A stretch of 63,037 bases of DNA, counting the filler, from Octopus bimaculoides (taxonomy: Eukaryota): assembly GCF_001194135.2 (NCBI RefSeq). It is 4 parts of 4 records of this genome, joined end to end, with 100 filler letters (N's around TTAATTAATTAA, not from the genome) between each part and the next. Parts side by side here need not be neighbours in the genome. Positions count along the whole stretch, not along the records: positions 35,105 to 60,996 come from NC_068985.1; positions 61,097 to 63,037 come from NW_026440174.1; 2 more parts are not named here. One strand, 5' to 3'. The translations under genes were made by a program, and so were the position numbers. Under the pieces are notes generated by a model, which ran no database searches, was not told the origin of the DNA, and saw nothing but the letters and a program-made list of their open reading frames with translations. How positions within the stretch are numbered: the first letter of the stretch is position 1; every line of letters begins with the position of its first letter. Below, in pieces: positions 49,086-61,628 of the stretch.

Positions 49086-50114
49086 TCCACACATCTCCAT
49101 CACTTCACCGTTACCTTCATATCTTACATTAACGGAAAAACGATTAACTTCGCCAGCATGATCATCTCACTGCTGTCTCTACAGTAACCTCCACTATATT
49201 CTAACTATAATTTCTCCTCCTTTGTACTACTGCCTGCACCACATTTCTACAACCGCCCCTTCTTCTTTCATCACCTTCCTTTCGTCTCAACTGCCGTTAT
49301 CTCCACCATCACTACTGCCAAATGTAATGACGCTTGCACTTCCATTGCCATTACCTATCACATCCATAACCACCTGGCCTACTCTTCACTTTCTCTTGTC
49401 ACTGTTATTCTACCGCCTCTATCTCAAACACTGCCAGCACCAGCCAGCTTCCCCATCATCAGGAAAATACCACCACGACTTCCATCGACACCACTAGATC
49501 CATTATCACATGTCAGCGATGTGCCATTAACCACCTTTATTCCAATAGAGTAGCAATATGTCTCTACGAAAGAGACTTACCAACTGATCGGATCAGTGGG
49601 TATTACTGATGATGGTAGTTCTCAGAAGATTACTCTTAAGAGCGAGGAACGTTTGTTTCTTTAGTGGAATGTCACAGGGTACAGTGCAATCACGTGATGT
49701 TCGATTTTGTCCTAAAGGAAGATCGATAAACAAGTAGAAATCTAATGAATACGAATAAGAGCTGGTTATTGGAAATATTTTGTGGAATCAATGTTTCGCT
49801 GGAAATATCAGCCTGGTCAGATTGAAATCGATATGTATAGAATTACATTCACCTATATATATATATTTCTATTTATTTTTGGTACATATATGTTTAATAG
49901 AGACTACAATTGGTCAGTTATCGATAAATTGGAACAAAATCGACTGATAAGAATCTCTTACTTTTTATCATTCAATTAACCTTGCTTCAGGCAAATGATG
50001 TCGACTCTTTGTTGTGTTCAGTGTCATAGGAGACATTAAAAACATAGAAAAAGACACGACACAAATTATTTGTATGGTGTAGTTATTAGATAGTATTTTT
50101 GTTTTGGTTCATTT

Positions 50115-50318
50115 ATTCTTTTATTTGTTTCAGTCATTTAACTACGGCTATGCTGCAACACCACCTTTAGTCGAAAAACTCGTCCCCAAGACTTAATCAT
50201 TATAGGTCTAATACCTATTCTATCGGTCTCTTTTGGCCGAACCGCTAGGTTACGGGGACGTAAACACACCAGCATCGGTTGTCATACGATGATGGGTGGG
50301 ACAAACACAGACACAAAA

Positions 50319-50359
<41 letters not shown>

Positions 50360-50955
50360 NNNNNNNNNNNNNNNNNNNNNNNNNNNNNNNNNNNNNNNNN
50401 NNNNNNNNNNNNNNNNNNNNNNNNNNNNNNNNNNNNNNNNNNNNNNNNNNNNNNNNNNNNNNNNNNNNNNNNNNNNNNNNNNNNNNNNNNNNNNNNNNNN
50501 NNNNNNNNNNNNNNNNNNNNNNNNNNNNNNNNNNNNNNNNNNNNNNNNNNNNNNNNNNNNNNNNNNNNNNNNNNNNNNNNNNNNNNNNNNNNNNNNNNNN
50601 NNNNNNNNNNNNNNNNNNNNNNNNNNNNNNNNNNNNNNNNNNNNNNNNNNNNNNNNNNNNNNNNNNNNNNNNNNNNNNNNNNNNNNNNNNNNNNNNNNNN
50701 NNNNNNNNNNNNNNNNNNNNNNNNNNNNNNNNNNNNNNNNNNNNNNNNNNNNNNNNNNNNNNNNNNNNNNNNNNNNNNNNNNNNNNNNNNNNNNNNNNNN
50801 NNNNNNNNNNNNNNNNNNNNNNNNNNNNNNNNNNNNNNNNNNNNNNNNNNNNNNNNNNNNNNNNNNGGCCCGAAGCTATAGTAGAATGCAATTGCCCACG
50901 GTGCCACGCAGTGGGACTGATCCCGGTACCATGTGGTTGGTAAGCAGGCTCTTTT
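50115..50955 (-). mobile_element. SINE family B, full length, with N gap in its internal microsatellite
   Basis: 3' half at 50115-50359 and head at 50868-50955 are both the reverse complement of the 13845 copy. Confidence 0.85.
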
Positions 50956-53129
50956 TAAACCCAAGCTCTTGTTAGTTACTTCCCACAATAAATGGGGGGG
51001 GGGAACAAAATCTCATTGCCATCCAAGGGCTGGCTCGCAAACTTGCGAGCCACTTCAGGGGTGTCAAATAGCAACCATACCGTTGCGTATTATTATCTGT
51101 AATTCTGTATTGACTCGGATGGGAAAATGTGTCGCTCAAGAAGGACTTCAATTTGATCAATTTCCATAATGTTTCATATTTAGATGCTTTTATTAAATTC
51201 ATTCAGTTGTTAAACATTAATAAGTGTTGGAATTAAATGGTTTTGATTTACTATCAGGTAACGTTTGGTCAATCCTGTAAAAAATGTGTCGTATTGTCAT
51301 GTTCTAATCTTATGTGTTAAGTCGTGAGTGTGATTAGTTTCCAATACACCTCTGTTGTGTATCAAGAGGCATTATGGTCCTCCGCAGCCTCTATACACCA
51401 GCTGCAATGATGTGTTGAGGAATCTGTCAATAGCGCTCTGCTTCAATATGTTTCCTCCTATCTCTACACGTATTGGTTACGTACACTTCTCAGACAATCG
51501 ACATCTGAAATTTAAATTTCCTTCTCGTGTATTTGAAGCCTTAAATTCAATACTTTTGTTTGTGTGCAAGAATTGCAATTGAATTGTTTACAAAGAGCTT
51601 CATTTCTTGGTTTAATTATGAAAGACCTCAATATTCTGGCCTTTCAAAGCAATGAAATCAATTTTGAAACGAATTGTTAGCTTTTATCTCCACTTGAGAC
51701 ACACGGCAAAGGTGGCATTCCAGAGGTTTCCTTCTTTTAAGTTGCTAAGTGTATAAGAAAGAAGTACTTCAGATATACGCTAATTTCCTGGAAGCGTTTA
51801 TAACTTAATTGAACCAGCAGACCGACTGAACGTTCAGCTATGTTTGGCTTGACATTGTAACATTTATTACCTTAATGACTATACATCATTATTTAGAAAT
51901 GATTAAATTCTGTGTCTGATAATTGATGGAAATACTTAGATTTCATTGAAGTACAAAGCTTATCAAAATAACTGCCCCCATTGGGTTTGGGAGACGTTCA
52001 GACTAGGATATAAATGAAAGCAAACACTTGGATACTATATCGAGAATAAATGAAAACTAATGAACTAATACAATTTGAACGGTTACTGGAGCAAATGATA
52101 ACTAATAATGGTTTTAGTTCAATGTTTTAAAAGAGAATATACTGCTGCGATCTAGTGAATATATCTAACTAAAAGGAAAGAAATATACCTTTTTAGATTT
52201 GTCCCGTCATACAGTACGATAGAATGTGTGGTATATAAAATATTCCATAATTATAATAGGTGTAATTCGAAAATATATCATTCGGCTCAAGTCTGAATAT
52301 GCATTCCATCAGATTATGCAGTTTATATCCCTGGATATTTCGTTTCTTTCCAAACTTAATTTCTAAATCTTTACACTTGGGTTAATAAATATCCCGTAAG
52401 AGATTCAATAATTCCGGTTTACACTGACAAATGATAATGTTAATGTATATTTACTAGATATTCTCTATTCCATCAAGAATACTGACGGAAATCTATTTAA
52501 AACAAACTTTGAAATATATTTACACATTTGCAATACAAAAGATAAAATTGGCATCGATTTTAGAAAGAGATTTTCATCCATTATTCTTTTGTTTGCTGTC
52601 ATCTAGGTAGAAAAAGAGACTTCCTTCAGCCGTCTGAAGAAATGAACAAAGATTGAAAAAAACAAAAGAATCTTTGAACAGCGAAACCATTCATATTGCC
52701 TTCAGCTCTGTTCAATGACAGTGTTTCCTGGAGGAAAATTTATTTGAATGATATACAGGAGGATAAAATAAAATGTTTTTACTGCAGAACTCAAAGTCGA
52801 AAATATTAAAAAAGGGTAGTTAATATAATGAAGTGTAAACAGGGTAATCAAAATATCATATGAAAAATATGTGTGTGTATGTGTGTGTGTGTGTGTGTAT
52901 AAGAATAAAATGTTATTGATAAATTCCAGAGGCATGTGCAGATACACAAAATCACACACGTATATAAGCAGACATATACAGTAACACATACGGTAACCCG
53001 TACAGCCGAGAAATGAATTTTAAACATTCTTATGTGCCGCATATGTAACAAGGTGTAGTATCACGACGGACTCCTCCACAGCAGACTGAACGATGCCCAA
53101 AGAAGTCTTACTCGATAGATTTCTTTCAC

Positions 53130-53772
53130 AGTGTAAATAATATACTATTAATAATTAGGGAAACAGAAAATATAAACCAGAATTTAAATCCTGGACAGTA
53201 ACACCAAAGTTAAAAATTGTATGATTATAGCTTGAAGGTAATGGATAGATTAAAGTTACAGAACAATTTATGTAAAGCTTTCATAGAATGTCCCAATCTT
53301 GATTTAAACAAAGCTGGTGCAATAAGAACAGCATCGTCTTGGTGAAAACCATTTATAATATTCGGAAAATGTTCGCTGAGGTGATGAAGAAGGAATAGGC
53401 CAACCAATTCGGTGACTTGCTCAGAGTCCAATAATCACATTGTCACATCAATGTAGTCATTATTGGATGTTATACACTGTTTTACTGGCAAAAGAGATAA
53501 GGATTTTTCTAGCAGTTAAAATTACATCAAATTCTAAAAGAAAGAAATGTGTAAGTTTCCTAACGAAAATGAAAGCTTTGCTTAATAAGATTGGAGAAAG
53601 AGAAAAGGAAAATATTTATTAATATCGAACTGTAAGAACTGAAATTGGATTTATTTTGGAGGAGATAAACCATTCAAATACCACGTTTCTATTAGAGTAA
53701 AGATTGATTTTATCCTTAACAATTGGTACAATTCTATTCAAAATATTCTTACTATTACTAGCCAAGTCGGAT
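53130..53772 (-). mobile_element. Penelope-like element (PLE) reverse transcriptase remnant
   Basis: Minus-strand pieces SDLASNSKNILNRI..EWF, FLQFDINKYFP, LLSKAF, ILTARKIL, NDYIDVTM*LLDSEQVTELVGLFLL..GFHQDDAVLI and IFNF-VT-DLNSGLY follow the PLE RT order (FIQFDI..FYPSI; FDVTMGSYDGAEVCELVG; LYRDDGL; NFLDVTL). Confidence 0.85.
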
Positions 53773-53799
53773 GTATGTATGTATGTGTCTATGCACATA

Positions 53800-53935
53800 G
53801 CTTCACGCCAAACATTAAATTATTTCCGACTTCACATTCTCAGTTCAAATGTTGTCGGGATCGACTTTGCCTTCTGTCCTTCCTAATCCGAAAAGAAAGT
53901 ACCATATGAACACTGGGGTTCTAGGTAGTCGATTG
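53800..53935 (+). mobile_element. Highly diverged SINE family A
   Basis: CTCAGTTCAAAT..GATCGACTTTGCCTTC..AAAGTACCA..CACTGGGG. Confidence 0.6.
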
Positions 53936-54066
53936 AATGTTATTTTTTTTTTAATTAAATACTATTAATGACGTTTAAATTGCATATTTTTCCACATCGA
54001 TTTTTAGTAATCAACTAATTGCTAACCAATTTCCAAACAAATTATTTTACAGGCAGATTTAATACT

Positions 54067-54325
54067 TCAATTCTATATTTAAGAGATGAGTAATTATGTA
54101 CGTTATTTATATTTGACGGATATTTGTCCTGATTTTATTTGTTCTTAACACAACTTTTCGGCTGATATACCCTCCAGCCTTCATCAAGTGTCTTGGGGAA
54201 ATTTCGAACCTGGGTTCTCATTCCTAAGGTATTTTTCGATGTTATTATTATTCAGGTCACTGCCTGGAATGGAACCCGGAATCTTGGGGTTAGTAGCCCG
54301 CGCTATTAACCACTACGCCATATAC
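54067..54325 (-). mobile_element. tRNA-headed SINE-like element containing a hammerhead fold
   Basis: Minus strand: TGGCGTAGTGG (A box), GGG-CTACTAA-CCC anticodon-like arm, GGTTCCATTCC (B box-like), (AAT)n linker, hammerhead, AT-rich tail. Confidence 0.7.
54147..54192 (-). ncRNA. Minimal type-I hammerhead ribozyme motif (two substitutions; probably inactive copy)
   Basis: GACAC-TTGATGA-A-GGCTG-gagggtatat-CAGCC-GAAA-A-GTT-GTGTT: stem I GACAC/GTGTT, stem II 5 bp. C3 is T, and the position expected to be C after GAAA is A. Confidence 0.65.
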
Positions 54326-56656
54326 ACGTTGGCAGTTATGGAATGAATTTTTAGGGCTGTAATATTTTCATTAATAACGGTTCCCATATGCTATTCATAT
54401 CTGCACTCGGTCTGCTTAGAGGGATGTTGTGTCCTAGCATAGGTGCTACATCTTTTATTTTTCGGATTTTCCAGGGGGAATGTAGATTTAATATTTGTTG
54501 TAGACATTGACAAAATGTTTTGTATAACCAAATGACCGAAAAATACCTCAAATTGAAAATATTGAACCTGGAAACATTTACGATTGAACCCACAACTTTT
54601 TGTTTAATTTATACAACGTAAGCGTAATTCAGTTCATATGTCCTCCTACAAATTGTCAAACTAATATGTGCAAGGAAACCAACTTACACAGATATGGCAT
54701 GGTGGTGTAATTCCGAATGTTAGCAATATGTTGGACTTTACTAAAGATTGTACCTCGAGAAACAGATACCCAAAACTGAATGTCGTATTGCATTATGTGA
54801 TCTAATATGGATAATGCACCAGCTTTCTCGACAATCATTAAAAGTCAAAAAATTGTAACACATAATTCACATTGATCTCGCATTTTTAAAGTTAGTAAGA
54901 AATAGTGAGCCAGTTCCTATAATCACTGCTTGGTTTCTGAATACTAAAGTGTTGAAAAAGCGAGAGTGGAAAAACAACTGATGCTAAGTCAGCGAGGTTC
55001 CCAAGGAGTGAAATAGTGTAGCAATATTAAGTAGCAATATTTCCCGTAAAATCCTTAATGGATAATGGTTCCACACTTATGATAACGCTGCTGCTATCCG
55101 TCCACAAATCACTGCTCATGATCAGCCAAGTTATTAGCAGGTGGTTAGTCACTATATTTATTCTAACGACCTGAGATACCGTAAGTTCCTTCATTTTCGC
55201 TAAAAGAGTGATGTCTACTCCCCGGAACATGGTACCGTGTTACCTTCACACAAGTACTCTAATATAACTACTCTTGATTTTCACCCCTCATTCGGCTCCG
55301 ACACGAAATCCCGTGATCTGTTTCGGTGTATTCTTTCGATCAAGCTTTTTGCCAATCGTAGAATACGGAAGTGAATATCTAAGATAGAAATCCGCATCCC
55401 GGCTGCGTATATAACTTTCCACAACAAAAAGTATAAAATTGGTTACATTCCTTCAGCACAAGTAGAAAAAAAAATGTTGACTTGATTATTTCCAGCAAGA
55501 CCGATTTTCCTTTTGCTATGCAAACAAAAAATAATAATAATAGTAATACCTGCTGCAGCTACGGCAGCAAGAGACTGGTGCTGAGAATAACAGCAATGAC
55601 AAATTGGCCGAGCTTTATATAAGAAAGATTGATCAGCTAAAAATCAATCTTATCTTAAGAATATACTTAAACCATTGTGATTTATATAGCAACATCGAAA
55701 TCGATAGAAATTTTGCAATGTAACACCTTAAGATGTTGAGACTGTACTTTAAATCTGGTTTTATGTTAGCTTCATCTACACAATCACAGCTCAGCATCAT
55801 ATATAAAGTAGATATAAATTGAAAGCATGCAATGATGTTAGCAATGATGATGGTGAAGACTATGGGAAGATGTTTTATTCGTCCATTTTTCTGTATCTTT
55901 TACTACTGTAATCCCATTCACATCTACAATGCTTTATAATATATAAAATCGACACCAGTGCTTAGCTAGAACTTTTTCTACCGACCTTGTATGTTTGCAT
56001 CGACTGGATTCGAAATTTGAAAGCAAAGATCCGTAAAGAAATTATGACCAGTATTTCCAGGTTGCTCAAACGAGTCTGTGAAATGATGATGATGAATGTA
56101 ATGCTACAACGTCTACTGCCGATAAGGCACTGAATCCGATGATGATAATTGGTGGTATTGTTTGAAGATGTTGGAGAGAATGGCAATACTAAATAAATTC
56201 ACAAGAAAAGAGAAGTAAAACTGAAAATTTCTATCTCAACCATCACGTACCGACCTACTAAAAGGAAGATGACGAAGTGGATCGGAGATCACAAGATACT
56301 GTTTTGTAAGAGGAGAGGAATGAATTTGCAGGCAATGCGTGATGATGTCAATGAGAGAGGCATGCTTGTAAACAGCATGCGGTATTCATTGTGTGTGGCC
56401 AAGAATAATTAATTTAATTAGTTTTATTGATGATGTCCTTTTTGTTCCATGGAAAACAACTTTCATCCAGCAGATTCTAGAATTCAACGTAAAAAAGCGG
56501 TGTAAAGACAATAGTCGAAATCCACTTATGATGGCACGTACGTAATTAATTTTAACGGTGACGTCATATGGACAGGAAGAATCTATATGCCGTATTTCTA
56601 TGTACAGTAGAGTAGCAACTGAGATAACGATGTTGGTTATCATGATGAATATTATC

Positions 56657-56701
<45 letters not shown>

Positions 56702-56857
56702 GTAATAATAGTAATATTATTACAATAATAATAAAAGACACGATGATTGAAATGATGACGGTCGGAACGAAAATAGTGGAAATACAACAAATATAATAAT
56801 CGTTTCGAATATTAGCGCAGGAGCAGCAAAAGTAAAGGCAGGAGGTAAGTCTATTAT

Positions 56858-57072
56858 ATTCTTTTCTATTCTAGGCACAAGGCCCGAAATTTTTGGTTGG
56901 GGCCAGTCGATTAGATGGACCCTAGTACGGAACCTGTACTTAATTTATCGATCCCGAGGGGATGAAAAGCAAAATCAACCTCGGAGGGATTTGAACTCAG
57001 AACGTAAAGACAGAGGGAATACCGTTAAGCATTTCGCCCGGCGTCCTAACGATTCTGCCAGCTCGCCGCCTT
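56858..57072 (-). mobile_element. SINE family A, full length
   Basis: Reverse-complement alignment to the 6904 copy. Confidence 0.9.
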
Positions 57073-57114
57073 ATAATTCGATTATATTGAATCTAGTGTT
57101 TAATCGGTGCATAA

Positions 57115-57222
57115 AAGAAGGCGACTTCGGCGACATTTTAACTCAGAACGTAAAAAGCCTAAAGAAACGCCGGTGTGCATTTTCGCGCGCGTGCTAATAA
57201 TGTTTTTAGCTCACCACCTTAA
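57115..57222 (-). mobile_element. SINE family A 5' fragment, diverged
   Basis: TTTAACTCAGAACGTAAA..CATTTTCGCGCGCGTGCTAA..AGCTCACCACCTTA. Confidence 0.6.
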
Positions 57223-58079
57223 TGATAATAATCATTATCATCATAATATGAAATTGTGAGAAAGAACAATGGCTATGAGTGAACCAAACTGTTTAACCCC
57301 TAAACGAAAAGAAGAATCCGGTTAAAATAAAACTAACCGTCGTATAAGTTGAAAACGACTTTAGCTAATGAGCACAGGAAGCGAACATTTACTCACCAAT
57401 GTGTAAAAATAAAGTTTATAAGGTTACAAAATCTGTAAAAGGAAAAAAGAAGAAAAAATATATCACTCTCAGTTGTTTCTACCTCTCTCTTTCTCTCTCT
57501 CTCTAAAATCTCTTTTTCTGCTTTTCTGCTTGGCGTCATTGCATTTAACCAAATTTTAGACACTATTTGAATACAACTTTTTTGGGGGAAGAAACATTTG
57601 TCATCTGTATTTTGTAAAGGTTATCTGGAGTTGTTTATGCTAGCTTTCAAATCACTGGTAGTGCTTTTATACTCAGATCAAATATAAAATAAAATAAAAT
57701 GTACATAAAACCTGAAAATTATGTTCAGAAAAATTATATGAGTAAACAAATAAAACAAAACAAAGAAAAGAAATCAAAATGTAAGATAAAGGAATTAAAG
57801 AACTTTAGTCTTAACGTCGACATCCCAATATTTAAGAATAATGTACTTGAAGACATAAATATGAAGGATTCTACATTTGCTTAATGTTTTGAGTTGTGAA
57901 TCCCTTATCATACACTTATATGCTCAAAGTTGTTTTCATCTCTCTGGCTAGGTTTGCAACGTTTAAACAGTTTTCCGCGCAGATTTTCTTTGGTCTGACT
58001 TCGTATCATTTCATTACTAGTTTTAAACTAAAATAGTGACAAACTGACAAAAATGTTTATCAGGCTGTGAAAAAAAAAG

Positions 58080-58245
58080 CTTTCCGCATTTCATCTGATT
58101 CGTCGTTCTGCGTTCAAATATCTCCTTGATAGACTTTTCTTTTCATCATTTCGTGGTCAATGAAATAAATACCAGTTGAATATTGTGCTGGATGTAATCG
58201 GTTTACATCCTCCCACGAAATTATTCGACCTGTACCAAATATCTG
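58080..58245 (+). mobile_element. Highly diverged SINE family A
   Basis: TTCTGCGTTCAAAT..TTTCATCATTTCGTGGTCAATGAAATAAATACCAGTTG..GATGTAATCG. Confidence 0.6.
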
Positions 58246-58248
58246 ACA

Positions 58249-58312
<64 letters not shown>

Positions 58313-58841
58313 TTGTGTGTGTGTATGTGTGAAAAAAGTCAATAAATATGCTCTTTACTAAAAGGCATTACGTGATACTTCCTTATAATTTGAAATTACT
58401 TTTATATATAAATTCTCATAAAAACAAACGTTAAGATTATAAGCTCATGTGTGTGTATATTTATGCGTGTGTGGGTGTGTTTATGCGTGTATGCGTGTGT
58501 GGTGTGTGTAATATCTAGGAATAGCGAAAATACAGTTGACGTAAACGAAAGTGAGACAGGTATATTCCTAAAATAAGGCTAGTTTGAAATACGTACAGAA
58601 TGAGATGTGGCAAGATATTGATTATTTACTGCAACGTAAAAGTATAAACGTAACATAGATACAGAAGAAAATTTGCCATTTGTGATTTCTAAGGGAAATG
58701 ATGACGTAATGCGAGTGGCATAGCTTCAATATGGAATGAGGAAAGATTTCAGTTCGCCATTGACATCTGCGAGATCATATTAGTATAGCACATTGTACGG
58801 TAGCACATATACGAATATATACATACATATCTATCTATCTA

Positions 58842-58936
<95 letters not shown>

Positions 58937-60774
58937 ACACACATGCATATATACACATATATTTACATACATGTATGTATAGGCGTAATTATACACCCAC
59001 ACACACAGAAATACATTATATTCCTTCAATCTCTTCGTATGTATTTTCGTCACGTGAGTTTAACGATTATTTTTTTTAGAATATTCTGTCAATTCCTTTG
59101 CTAAACTCTGAATACATGTGGAAGAATATTTTGGGTTGAGATTGGAAAGTATTATAGATGAAAGCGGAGTGTCCCTGACTGACATCGAAAATATTCCAAG
59201 GTGGAAATTAATAAATATACGCGTGTTAATTTCTCACTTTTTTCCCTGCTGACGGTGTAAGCATTAAATGTACACAGTTTACTAACCATACACACACACA
59301 CACACACACATTACACAGAAGAAAGAAAAATATAAGAAAAAATTTAAAAAAAGAAAGTATTAATTTCTCGGTAATTTTGCATATTTCCATTACCATTTTT
59401 TGAAAATACTGAGATTAAGTTAATGTCACAAGAAAACAGAATATATATATATACAAGGCATCGGGGTTTAGTTCACAGGTGATCTAATTGATTATGTACG
59501 CCAGGTAAGGGCTGTAACGGATTAGTAGTAGGGCTCCAGGGTTCTAACCGAGACAGGAGTTAAGGAGCTATTTTGTTATATGATCTTCCAGAAATTGGTC
59601 TAAATAACATCCCACATCCCAGTTTGTTTGTTTGTTGTTGTTTTTTTTAAACTTGCACTTTTCAGATAGCATATTATAACTGCAATGTAACTGAAAAGAA
59701 GCAGAGGATGTCCGTTGATTGCATCATATTAATAATAGGTTTGCTCGATAACAGCTACCTTGGCACTGAAGCACATGATCGTGTACGGTTACAGCCCATC
59801 TAATTCCTCCCCTAACAAATGCATTTCCACCAAGCGCTTAAACCACAATTTAAGCATAATGATATCAATCAAATTAGCAACATTCGTACAGTAAAACTAC
59901 ATTTTATTTTGTTCTCTTTCAATGGATTACTTGATATTTCATTGGGCATGAATAAATCAACGTGAATAGGATAACAGAAGAAAAATACGTTAGTATACAT
60001 TAAAAACATTTCTAAATATTAGCCTTTGTATTTGGCATTTCTGTATTAAGTCTTGCTCTAAGATTACACTTGCTAATATTAAATTTCCTTAACACACGTG
60101 GGAAATAACAGATATGAAACCAATTTAATACTGCAGTATTCGTGCCAGAAAATATGCAAAACAATATAAGTTTTTATAGTTAACTACTGTCGTTGTTGTT
60201 TTTTCCCGTTTATATTGCCGGCAGCGTAACTATTTTTATTATCACAGCTTTCAATATTATTCGACAATCACATGTCATATGAATATGAAATAATTATGAA
60301 CTTGGACTGACAATTCAGTGATAACAATACGACAAACTGGATAACGGAAACAAAGAAAAAATGCGTAAAAAATTGCACTACCATAAAATCACAAAATAGA
60401 AAAGGACAATATCAGCGATAAAATGATGCATTTAATGGGATACTCTGGGTCAATTACTGGCAACACTTTCGCAAAGCAATGTTATCACTGTTGTTTAGCC
60501 TGTACATGAAATAATGAATGTTCGAATGTGGTATAGCTTTGCATATGTTAGCAAAGATATACTACATTAGCAAATTCGCGTGGGAACCACCACAAATAAA
60601 ATGCAGGAGTTGTGTGTCATCGACCTTTTATAATAGATCAGGAGGTCCATTAAATATGAGTATTTAGTCCTGCAAATGTAGTGATTATCTTTCCAAATTA
60701 TATATGTAAACACGCACACTCACAAACACTCACATGCGCACACACACAAACAAACATATATAAAGTGAGTAAGC

Positions 60775-60920
60775 GTGTCTGTGAGATAAGAAGTTTGCTT
60801 ACCAACCACAACGTTTCGCGTTCGGACCCAGATGTGTCTTCCGGTATAGCCCAGGGCAGATCAGGCGTTGTTAATGGATTAGGTTTGGTTGACAGGAACC
60901 GGAAAAACCTAAAGCCCGTC
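60775..60920 (+). mobile_element. Diverged SINE family B 5' part
   Basis: AAGAAGTTTGCTTACCAACCAC..GTGTCTTCCGGTATAGCCC..AAAGCCCGTCG. Confidence 0.6.
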
Positions 60921-60945
60921 GCGCGCGCACGTGTGAATGTGTGTG

Positions 60946-60996
<51 letters not shown>

Positions 60997-61096
60997 NNNN
61001 NNNNNNNNNNNNNNNNNNNNNNNNNNNNNNNNNNNNNNNNTTAATTAATTAANNNNNNNNNNNNNNNNNNNNNNNNNNNNNNNNNNNNNNNNNNNN
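60997..61096. other. Artificial scaffold linker (44N-TTAATTAATTAA-44N)
   Basis: Identical to the other two linkers. Confidence 0.95.
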
Positions 61097-61194
61097 ATAC
61101 ATACATACATACATGCATACATACATACATACATACATATATATCCAATCCATATATAATAGACACATGTACATATACATATAATCATTCTCCC

Positions 61195-61350
61195 CCTCAT
61201 CATTGTCATTTTGACATCCATTTTCTATGCCTTCATGCCTTCCTCGGTCAGACATAGTTGAGTGTTTCTATGACTTGATGCACTTCCTGTTGCCAATCTT
61301 CACTTGTATCCAAGCAAGATAATATTTCCCCACGGCCAGCTATCATGGTA
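61195..61350 (-). mobile_element. RTE-tailed SINE 3' part (as in 33470-33600)
   Basis: TTTTGACATCCATTTTCTATGC..CTTCCTGTTGCCAA..CCAAGCAAGATAATATTTCCCCACGGCCAG. Confidence 0.65.
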
Positions 61351-61533
61351 ACTGTAGTTTTCTGGGTCTCCCTGAATAGCCCTCAAAATCTCCTACTCTT
61401 CATCATCATTTTATCGTCAGAATTTTATTGTTACTGTTATTTTTCAGTTTACGCACTCTTTCATGTAATCCCAGTGTCGTCCTGTATCAACCTTGACCTT
61501 TTTGTAAACCTTTAATGGTTAATAAGGAAACTA

Positions 61534-61534
<1 letters not shown>

Positions 61535-61596
<62 letters not shown>

Positions 61597-61628
61597 GCCA
61601 CCACCACCACCACCACCACCAAATCCAC
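61535..61628. repeat. (ACT)n/(ACC)n microsatellite
   Basis: Direct reading. Confidence 0.95.

Noticed and set aside
52634-52688. CTGAAGA..CAAAGATT/AATCTTTG..CGAAAC hammerhead-like motif
   Set aside because: No convincing stem I/III or cleavage triplet in either topology.
54475-54535. vWA-like start GNVDLIFVVD
   Set aside because: No DxSxS motif, and a stop follows after 19 codons.
55027-55230. Coding-looking frames on both strands around a GTAAGT donor at 55181
   Set aside because: The plus frame is broken by stops, the minus ORF is unrecognised, and the acceptor is weak.
56443-56545. FIDDVLFV as an RT catalytic motif
   Set aside because: Flanking RT motifs are absent; likely chance.
56515-56610. 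Cys-loop receptor-like peptide YVINFNGDVIWTG
   Set aside because: Only about 30 codons between stops, poor acceptor, and no other receptor motifs nearby.
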